Shown in pieces: positions 29,045-36,835 of a stretch of 64,000 bases of DNA. This DNA comes from an uncultured Acidobacteriaceae bacterium (lineage in GTDB: Bacteria; Acidobacteriota; Terriglobia; Terriglobales; Acidobacteriaceae), in NCBI GenBank assembly GCA_963832015.1, contig CAWHSR010000003.1, forward strand, positions 35,717-99,716, read 5' to 3'. A model generated the notes under the pieces. It was not told the DNA's origin, ran no database searches, and saw nothing but the letters and a program-made list of their open reading frames with translations. The position numbers and the translations under genes are program-made. How positions within the stretch are numbered: position 1 is the first letter of the stretch; every line of letters begins with the position of its first letter.

Positions 29045-29074
29045 AACTCTGAAACCTTGAAACTTTGAAACCTT
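29038..29074. repeat. inverted copy of the RGTTTCAR periodic arm, copy 3
   Basis: accttgaaactctgaaaccttgaaactttgaaacctt. Its reverse complement matches 28564-28600 at 33 of 37 positions. It supplies the TGA stop of the four-helix-bundle gene. Confidence 0.6.
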
Positions 29075-29077
29075 GCC

Positions 29078-29944
29078 CTACTGCGGCTTCTTCTGGTCCG
29101 GCGGTTGCTGCTGCGGCGTTTGATCAGGCTTCTGATCGCTCTTCGGAATTTGCTTGCCTTCGAACAGAATCGTGGACTTCGCGCCGAACCGCTTGTAGTC
29201 CTCGTACTTGATGATTTCGCGGATGTGGATGTCTTGCAGCTTGAAGTGTAGTTCGTCGTCGGCTCGTGTGTAGACAGGGAACCAGTACTGTCCGTCAACC
29301 TGCTGTCGCCACGTCGTGAATTTGGGATAAAGATTCTCTTCGTTGCTGTGCTTCTTGTGGATGTCGGGAACACTCTTGCCATAAGTTTTCACGATCTGAA
29401 AATCGTGGTCATCGACCCAGATGCGTCCCTGGAAATAGCGCTTCTTGCCCACAATCTCTTTCGGGGCTATGTCGAAGACATAACAGTGGACTTCATCTTC
29501 CTGCTGCTGGCCCACATAAAGGATGTTGTATTCCGGCAGGTCCGCCTCGGTCAGCACAAACGGCATGCGGTGCCGGATGTCTTCGAAGTCGCCCTGGTCC
29601 ATGGAGAGTCCGCCCTGTTCGAGCGAGGACTGCGGCGCGAACACCACATTCTCGATCCGCTTGCCCTGGTCGTTAAACATCACGTCGTAGACTTCGTGAT
29701 ACTCCCCAGTCACGGTACTGCCATCCAGCGTCTCAACCTTCACGTCCTGCCGGTAGGTGTACTGGTCGCGCGCCTTGGCAAATTCCGTTTCCTTGGCGGC
29801 GAAGCGCTTGATGATCTCCTCGGGGGTGGTGCCGGCCGGGGAAGCGCTGTCTAGCGGGCCTTCCTGCGCGCGGGCGGGACGCCCCGCCAGTCCGCAGGCC
29901 AGCACAGTCAGGCATAGCAGAAAACGAACAAATACTGATTTCAT
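29078..29944 (-). CDS. secreted LolA-like (outer-membrane lipoprotein-sorting-like) protein, hypothetical
   Basis: Signal peptide MKSVFVRFLLCLTVLACGLAG. Beta-rich body with a GRIWVDDHDFQIVK motif. Gln/Pro/Lys-rich tail. Family call from pattern memory only. Confidence 0.55.
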   Translation of the reverse strand: MKSVFVRFLLCLTVLACGLAGRPARAQEGPLDSASPAGTTPEEIIKRFAAKETEFAKARDQYTYRQDVKVETLDGSTVTGEYHEVYDVMFNDQGKRIENVVFAPQSSLEQGGLSMDQGDFEDIRHRMPFVLTEADLPEYNILYVGQQQEDEVHCYVFDIAPKEIVGKKRYFQGRIWVDDHDFQIVKTYGKSVPDIHKKHSNEENLYPKFTTWRQQVDGQYWFPVYTRADDELHFKLQDIHIREIIKYEDYKRFGAKSTILFEGKQIPKSDQKPDQTPQQQPPDQKKPQ

Positions 29945-30243
29945 ATGTCTAGTTTAACGGATTGCGAGAGGCTTCGTAGAGGCGTCGCTGACAACGTCGG
30001 CTGCCAGGTCCGGGTGGGCCAGGCAGCTACTAAAACGCAGCGAGCAGAGAAGAGACGCAGCAAGCTACGACTCTACGGAAGCACACCGCGGCGACCCAAC
30101 CCTCCAACCCCTCTCCGCTCAGTGAGGCCGGAGGGAAGGGTGCTGCAGTTCTGCCACTCAGTTGGATGCTGAAGTGGGAAAGAGGTTGCCGGATGTTGTC
30201 GCCCGTCATCCATCAGATCTAAAAGGCACTCTCATCAAGGCAC

Positions 30244-30348
30244 TGTCATCCTGAGGCGGGTGCCTTTTGCCCGCCGAAGGATCTGTGCAACTCGCCGGTG
30301 AGTGCATAGATCCTTCGGCCTGCAAAAACCGCAGTCCTCAGGATGACA
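30244..30348. repeat. MITE-like nested palindromic element, copy 2
   Basis: Outer stem tgtcatcctgagg / cctcaggatgaca. Inner stem ccgaaggatctgtgca / tgcatagatccttcgg. Lies 107 nt upstream of the S9 peptidase start. Confidence 0.65.
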
Positions 30349-30376
30349 GGGAGTGAGGGTAAGCGTGCACCTGGGG

Positions 30377-30406
30377 GCTCGAAGCTCAAAGCTAGAAGCT
30401 AGAAGC
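30377..30406. repeat. lone periodic arm (gctcgaa gctcaaa gctagaa gctagaa)
   Basis: Four tandem 7-mers of the GCTMRAA type. No complementary arm nearby. Confidence 0.35.
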
Positions 30407-30454
30407 CACCCGCTCCCCCCTGCTACACTCATCCGTTTGCCGCAGGAGGCCTTC

Positions 30455-32702
30455 ATGCGCCGTCTTCTTCTCTCCCTTATTGTTTTTGCTTTCACGCTCC
30501 CCGCTCTGGGGCAAGCCAAGCATCCCTTCACCTTCGACGACATGATGAAGCTGAAGCGCGTCGGCGATCCGCAGGTCTCGCCCGACGGCAAGTGGGTGAT
30601 CTTCAGCGTGGTCGACGTCGATCTCGAAGCCAACACGAAGACCCCGCACATCTGGATCGTCCCACTGGACCATGTAGGGACGGCCGCCCCCGGCCGGCCG
30701 GCCAAGCAAAGCTCGGCAGCCTCTTCGTCTGCAGAACGCATCCTCATCGCCGATCAGGACGCCGACCGCCCGCGCTGGGCGCCGGATGGGAAGCGGTTCG
30801 CGTTTCTCTCAACGAAGGAAGGGGGATCGCAGGTTTGGATAGCGGAATTCGACGGTATGGCGGGAAATGTGACGGCGGCGCATCGGCTCACCTCCGTTGC
30901 GACCGAAGCCGGCGGTGAATTATGGTCACCTGATGGCAAGAACATCCTCTTCACTTCCGATGTATATCCCCAATGTGACGGCGAGCCTGCGGACGAGGCA
31001 AGCTGCAACCAGAGGAAAGTGGAGGAACACGAAAAGTCGAAGGTCAAAGCCCTGATTTTCGATCACCTGCTGTATCGCCACTGGAACGCGTACAAGGAAG
31101 GCAAGCGCAGCCACATTTTCGTCGTTCCGACCGAACTGCCGACCCCCGGAGAAATCGAAGGCCGCGAAATATTCGTTTGTGAAGATCCAACGCGACCTCA
31201 CGCCCGGCGATTACGACGCCCCAGTGTTCTCGCTTGGCGGGCAGGATGACTATGCTTTCTCGCCCGACGGGCAGGAGATTTGCTACGCCTCGAATCACGA
31301 CAAGAATCCGGCGGCTTCCACCAACAACGACCTGTGGATCGTCCCGATCAGTGTGGGAGCGGGCGACTCGCCCGCTCAGGTTTTGGCCAAAACCAAGAAC
31401 ATCACCGCTGACAACCCCGCCAGCGACACGTCGCCGCTCTATTCGCCCGATGGCCGCTACATCGCCTACCGCGCCCAGCAGCGTCCGGGATACGAGAGCG
31501 ACCGCTTCCGCCTGATGCTCTACGACCGCAAGACGGGCGAGAAGAAGAAGCTGACGGAAGATTTCGATCGCTGGGTGGGAACCTACACTTGGCTGCCGAA
31601 CTCAAAAGCGATCTACTTCACCGCTGAGCAGGACGGCCATGTCCAGCTATTTCGTGTCGGATTCGATTTCCGCATTACGAGCATTTTCGATGGCACATTT
31701 GACGATCCCGCATTCACACCAGACGGACGCAACCTATTCCTGACGCAGATGGGAATTGCGTTCCCGAACCGAATTGTTCGCTTGGATGTGAGTAAGACCG
31801 AAGAGTACATGGCCCAGTCACGAGCAAGACTTGACAAGGGAGGCGTCATAAATCAAGGGATCGTTGGTGAGGACCCCTCGGTTGCGGCTGATTTCAATCG
31901 CGGAGTCCTCTCTCAGGTCGCCATGTCTCCGATCGAATCCTTCTGGTTCACCGGCGCCCACAACGACAGGGTCGAAGGCTTCCTGGTCAAGCCGCCGAAC
32001 TTCGATGCCTCGAAGAAATATCCCGTGAAGTTCCTCATCCACGGCGGCCCGCAGGGCGCCTGGGGAGACGACTGGAGCTATCGCTGGAATCCCGAACTGT
32101 TCGCGGCCAACGGATACGTCGTCATCATGATCAACTTCCACGGCTCGACCGGATACGGGCAGAAGTTCATCGACGCCATCAACGGCGACTGGGGCGGCGC
32201 TCCGTATGAAGACCTGATGAAGGGCCTCGACTACGCCGAGCAAACCTACCCGTTTATAGATAAGACGCGCGAGTGCGCGCTGGGCGCCAGCTACGGCGGA
32301 TACGCCATCAACTGGATCCTCGGCCACACCGACCGCTTCAAGTGCCTGGTGTCGCACGACGGCATGTTCAACGCCGAATCCGCGTGGGGGACGACCGAAG
32401 AACTCTGGTTCAACAACTGGGAGTTCAAAGGCACTCCCTACGACAATCGCGCAGGATACCAGAAGTGGTCGCCGCACCAGTACGCCAAGAATTTCAAGAC
32501 GCCGACGCTGGTCATCCACGGCCAGCGCGACTACCGCCTCGATGTGAGCGAAGGCTTCCAGCTTTTCACCACGCTGCAGATGGAAGGCGTCCCGTCGAAG
32601 ATGCTGTATTTCCCCGACGAAGGCCACTGGGTGCTGAAGCCGCAGAATTCGCGGCTGTGGTACAAGACGGTCAACGATTGGGTGGACCAGTGGACGAAGT
32701 GA
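30455..32702 (+). CDS. S9-family serine peptidase (prolyl oligopeptidase / acylaminoacyl peptidase type), frame break within 31125-31180
   Basis: Signal peptide MRRLLLSLIVFAFTLPALG. Beta-propeller WSPDG/SPDG repeats. Catalytic GASYGGY Ser motif, Asp (QRDYRLDV) and His (DEGHWV). ORFs 30353-31249 and 31179-32702 join near ...VVPT/...DLTPGDYDAPVFSLGG. Confidence 0.85.
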
Positions 32703-32751
32703 AGAGTCGGCTCCTCTTCGCATGAACGTCTTTTACGCGCTCCAAAGTTTG

Positions 32752-32849
32752 TGTCATCCTGAGCGCGCTTTTTGCGCGAAGGATCTATGCAACTGGCCGG
32801 CACTGCATAGATCCTTCGGTCTGCAAAAAGCGCAGACCTCAGGTTGACA
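32752..32849. repeat. MITE-like nested palindromic element, copy 3
   Basis: tgtcatcctgag...cgaaggatctatgcaact...tgcatagatccttcgg...cctcaggttgaca, in the same orientation as copy 2. Lies 50 nt downstream of the S9 peptidase stop. Confidence 0.65.
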
Positions 32850-32875
32850 GCACAAAGAAGTTCCAAAGAGAAGAA

Positions 32876-33433
32876 CTAGTTCAGATTCAACCGCTGGATG
32901 TTCGTTTCGCCCGCCTTCTTCACGCCCAGCGCGATCGGCCGCGGCGGCCCGTTGCGCGGAACCGTGGCCTGTACCCACAACTGGTCGCCCCTCGACAGGA
33001 CGGTAGGGTCCTTCGCAGTGTCGGGGATGAAAAATAGAATCGGCTGGTTGACCCGCAACCGGCTGGGGCCATTTCCTGGCCAGTAAGCGAAACTCAAGTT
33101 TGCGCAATCCCACGCCGGACTGTTGTCCAACTCCGCGGTGGGCGTTCCGTTGCGCAACACAATCGAGCCGCACCAGTGTTCAAAACTGTTCAAGCCGCCG
33201 GGTGGCGTTTGGCCCATCCACTGCTTGGAGATTTCCCCCTGCGAGCGCGGGTCACTCACCGTGACCTGCATGCTGACGTAGCGTCCTCGAATGGGGAGGT
33301 TTGGATCGTATTTCTCCGCCAAGAACCACGCCTGCGGACGCGTGCGCCGGTCATACAGCAACTTGGCCCCGAGCGAAGAGACGATCAGGATCTGAATCAG
33401 CGCGACGACAGCAGCCTTGGCAAGGGGTTTCAC
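32876..33433 (-). CDS. GDYXXLXY-domain-like exported protein
   Basis: GTG start in a GTGA overlap with the upstream stop. N-terminal TM (AVVALIQILIVSSLGA), then DPNLPIRGRYVSMQV, which resembles the GDYXXLXY motif. Classic partner of DUF2157 genes. Confidence 0.5.
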   Translation of the reverse strand: MKPLAKAAVVALIQILIVSSLGAKLLYDRRTRPQAWFLAEKYDPNLPIRGRYVSMQVTVSDPRSQGEISKQWMGQTPPGGLNSFEHWCGSIVLRNGTPTAELDNSPAWDCANLSFAYWPGNGPSRLRVNQPILFFIPDTAKDPTVLSRGDQLWVQATVPRNGPPRPIALGVKKAGETNIQRLNLN

Positions 33434-34302
33434 GCCATGCCTCCTGTCGCAGTCGGGGCTGTTCTGGTGCGCGCGACCAGTTTGCGGCGCAATTGCTCCA
33501 GTTGCCATCCTCCGAGCAGGAAGAGAACTCCGAAGGCGATGAGAGCGGCTGAGCGGTCCAGTTTGCCCATCACGTTGGAGAAATAAAAGGCCATGATGGT
33601 GAAGGCAAATCCCGCCACGCCGACGTTGATGCGCTCGCGGCGGTTTTCCTGCAGACCCCAAACTACCAGCCCCACGGAGGCGAGCGCACATTAGGAAGTG
33701 AAGGCTCAGGTTCTCAAACAGATTGCGATCATCGAGGCGACCGATCACATATACCCACACCGCGTAGCCCACGTTCCACACCGCCGCCTTGCCGCGCAGA
33801 AAATAAGCGGCCAGTAAGGGAAGGGCGAAGGCCATCAGCAGTCCGGCGGCGTTCAGAGAAAACGGAAGCGGGAGCGACGTGCGACCGAAGAAGGGTTCGG
33901 GGAGCATCGCCAGAGCCGCGCAGATGGGAAGCACTCCCAGTCCTCCCACCCAGACCAGGGCGCGCCGAAAATAGGAGTCCGCTCCTGGACGCCGTGCGCT
34001 CAAATACGTAATCGACAACAAGACGAGGAACTCAAAGAGCAGGCGATCCATGTCCCTGTAGTGGCCGGTTCGTACGCTCCACTCCGAGGCGATCAATGCC
34101 GGGATGAGCAGCGCACTCAGTGTGGCTGAAGCCAGTCGCGCAGCACCAGCCACGAAAGCACTGCACCGATTGCCCACAAGAGTATCCCGCCCGGCCAATG
34201 TTCCTGGAGATTGAAGATCTGGCCGGCGAGATAAATTCCGCCTCCGAGAGCCACGGTGCCGATGGCGTGCAGGGAGAGCCCAAGAGCCCGAAAGCGCGGC
34301 AT
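33430..34302 (-). CDS. DUF2157-like polytopic membrane protein, two frame breaks (about 34120 and about 33690)
   Basis: Pieces from ORFs 34117-34491, 32876-34198 and 33430-33675 join into one multi-TM protein (...IFNLQEHWPGGILLWAIGAVLSWLVLRDW / ATLSALLIPALIASEW... / CALASVGLVVWGLQENRRERINVG...). Confidence 0.55.
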
Positions 34303-34450
34303 GAGCACGCCGCCCGCCAGGTGAAATCCAGCGAGTTCAACCCGGCAAGGGATCTCGCGGACAGGCCTCGACAAAGTTTTCGGGTCTGAAATAACCCTTG
34401 ACACGAAAACTACTCTTGTAGTAGTAATGCATACGTCGGTAGGAGATGAA

Positions 34451-34837
34451 ATGCCCGGACCGAAATTAGCCAAGCTCGAACTGCAAATCATGGAAACTCT
34501 CTGGAACCGGGGCGAGGCCTCTATCCGTGAGATTCAGGAAGCTTTCCCGGAAAAAGGCAGGCCCGCATACACGACCGTGCAGACCACGGTCTATCGCCTG
34601 GAGGCTAAGAAGGCGGTGCGCCGCGTGAAGAAGGTCGGCAACTTCCACATCTTCGAAGCCGCGGTCTCGCGCGATTCCGCGCAACGTAAATTGATCGACG
34701 ACCTGCTGGCCCTCTTCGGGGGCCGCACGCAACCGGTCATGGCGCATCTAATCGAATCGGGCCAACTCACGCTCGGGGATGTAAAGGAAGCCGAAAGGAC
34801 CCTCCGCAAGTTGGAGAGAAAGGACAAATCAAAATGA
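34451..34837 (+). CDS. blaI: BlaI/MecI/CopY-family transcriptional repressor
   Basis: Winged-helix N-terminus KLELQIMETLWNRGEASIREIQEAF...YTTVQTTVYRLEAKKAV. Stop overlaps the blaR1-like start (ATGA). Confidence 0.85.
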   Translation: MPGPKLAKLELQIMETLWNRGEASIREIQEAFPEKGRPAYTTVQTTVYRLEAKKAVRRVKKVGNFHIFEAAVSRDSAQRKLIDDLLALFGGRTQPVMAHLIESGQLTLGDVKEAERTLRKLERKDKSK

Positions 34838-36726
34838 CCTTTGCATACTTGTCCGCACTCAATACGTCTGCGATGTGGAGAGACCTGGCCCCGACCCTGG
34901 GCAATCACCTGTGGCAGTCGACGCTATTCGCTGCCGCTGCTGGATTGCTCACGTTCGTGCTGCGCAAGAATCACGCGCGCGCCCGCTATTGGCTGTGGCT
35001 GGCGGCTTCGGTGAAATTCCTGATTCCGTTTTCGCTGCTGGTCAGCATCGGCACCTATCTCGCATGGTCCCACGCTTCGCCGGCAGCGGATGGAGGTTTG
35101 TACGTCGCTGTGGAAGCGATCAGCCAGCCGTTCTCGGTGCCCGACACAGCGATTCCGGCGATTGCTCAAGCCGCGCCGGCAGCGGCTGCACCGAGTCTGC
35201 TCCACTGGCTTCCGGCATTGCTGGTCGCCGCGTGGTTCTGCGGATTCGTGATCGTCCTTCTCGCATGGTGCGTGCGCTGGCGACGTATCTCCGCCGCTCT
35301 GCGAGAGTCAGCACCGTTGCACGAGGGACGCGAAGCCGTGACCCTGCGCCGTCTGGAGCGCAAGGCCGGTGCCCGCAAGCCGATTGACCTTGCGTTGTCG
35401 CGCGCATCTCTGGAGCCGGGAATCTTCGGCATCCTCCGTCCGGTCCTGATCTGGCCTGAAGGCATCTCGAAACATCTGGAAGATGCGCACCTGGAAGCAA
35501 TTCTCGCGCATGAACTGTGGCACGTGCGCCGTCGCGACAATCTGGCGGCTGCTCTCCACATGGTGGTCGAAGCGCTGTTCTGGTTCCATCCGCTGGTCTG
35601 GTGGCTGGGAGCGCGCATGGTCGAAGAGCGCGAGCGCGCCTGCGACGAAGAAGTCGTGGAACTGGGCAGCGAACGGCAGGTCTACGCCGAGAGCATTTTG
35701 AAAGTGTGTGAATTCTGCGTGGGATCTCCGCTGGCTTGTGTCTCTGGGGTGACTGGATCCGATCTTAAAAGAAGGATGGTGTACATCATGACGGAACGAA
35801 TTGCTCGGAAACTGGATTTCGGGAAAAAGCTGTTGCTGAGTTCGGCAGGCGTTCTCGCTCTGGCTCTGCCGCTCGTGTTCGGCCTGGTCAACGCGCCGAA
35901 AATGCGGGCGCAAGAGCAGGCCGCGACTGCGGGCGCGAGTGCCTCCAACGTCGAACTCATGGTCAAATCGGGCGCCGGCGGCGAGGCCCATCGAGTGGGA
36001 ATGATGTACTCGCCCACCGGATTCAAAGCGATGAATACGACTCTCCAGGCGCTCCTTCAAGAGGCCTATGGAGTCCAGGCCAACCAGATCATGGGAGGTC
36101 CGGATTGGATCAAGACCGCACCGTTCGATCTCCAAATCGGGCCTGAGGATGACAAATCCGCGCCGCCCAGCGGCACGAGCATCGAGCAGAGCCTGGAGCA
36201 GAGCAGGATTCGAAACCAGCGGCTACTGCGGGCGGCTTTGGCAGAGCGCTTCAAGTTGGCGCTGCATCCCGATAGCAGAGAGCTGTCGACCTATGCTCTC
36301 GTTGTGGGCGACGATGGGCCGAAGCTTCAGCCCGCAAAGGCCGCCAGCAGTTACCCTGCTCCAGTCAAAGGCCCGGACGGGATCCCCATGAATAAATCAT
36401 TCCGGATCAAGCTCAACGGCAGTCAGGCTGGGTTGGAAGCCCGCGGCATGTCTACCTCGGACATGGCATCGCATTTCTCACGCCAGCTGGGCACCGTCGT
36501 AGTAGATAAGACCGGCCTCACCGGCAACTACGACTTCAGCTTGAATTGGACGTCAGATGCGAGCGGCGGTGGCACATTCAACGCCCCTGTATCCGATGCT
36601 TCCGCGTCGTCGCTCTTAGCTGCGATCCAGGAGCAGCTGGGCCTGAAGCTGGAACCGCAGAAAGGTCCCATGCAAGTTCTCGTCATCGACCACGCCGAGA
36701 AGCCGGCGGAGCCCACGCAAAACTAA
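34834..36726 (+). CDS. BlaR1-like M56 membrane metalloprotease fused to a C-terminal TIGR03435-type domain
   Basis: HELWHVRRRD (HExxH) in a four-TM M56 module, an extra TM about residues 335-355, then a roughly 260-aa domain with GGPDW, RFKL, GPKLQ, DKTGLTGNYDF and QLGLKLEP...VLVIDHAEKP. Confidence 0.8.
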   Translation: MTFAYLSALNTSAMWRDLAPTLGNHLWQSTLFAAAAGLLTFVLRKNHARARYWLWLAASVKFLIPFSLLVSIGTYLAWSHASPAADGGLYVAVEAISQPFSVPDTAIPAIAQAAPAAAAPSLLHWLPALLVAAWFCGFVIVLLAWCVRWRRISAALRESAPLHEGREAVTLRRLERKAGARKPIDLALSRASLEPGIFGILRPVLIWPEGISKHLEDAHLEAILAHELWHVRRRDNLAAALHMVVEALFWFHPLVWWLGARMVEERERACDEEVVELGSERQVYAESILKVCEFCVGSPLACVSGVTGSDLKRRMVYIMTERIARKLDFGKKLLLSSAGVLALALPLVFGLVNAPKMRAQEQAATAGASASNVELMVKSGAGGEAHRVGMMYSPTGFKAMNTTLQALLQEAYGVQANQIMGGPDWIKTAPFDLQIGPEDDKSAPPSGTSIEQSLEQSRIRNQRLLRAALAERFKLALHPDSRELSTYALVVGDDGPKLQPAKAASSYPAPVKGPDGIPMNKSFRIKLNGSQAGLEARGMSTSDMASHFSRQLGTVVVDKTGLTGNYDFSLNWTSDASGGGTFNAPVSDASASSLLAAIQEQLGLKLEPQKGPMQVLVIDHAEKPAEPTQN

Positions 36727-36835
36727 CGGCAGATCATCTTTGGAGCAAGGCAACTTCCGGCAGGCATTCGGATTCTCACTCACCAGAGTTCCGACGTCCT
36801 GCCGGAACCACTTAGCCGCCTCAAAGAGGTCCGTC

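Noticed and set aside
27867-29074. comF, HNH and the four-helix-bundle gene, each followed by a similar imperfect palindrome, could be an integron-like cassette array with attC sites.
   Set aside because: No RYYYAAC / GTTRRRY core sites at the repeat ends and no integrase in the window. comF and this HNH gene look like conserved chromosomal genes. The arms are word-periodic, unlike attC. An attC covariance-model scan would settle it.
1666-30406. The periodic short repeats as CRISPR-like arrays.
   Set aside because: The period is 7-8 nt with no spacers, arrays are under 40 nt, and no cas genes are present. They are not CRISPR.
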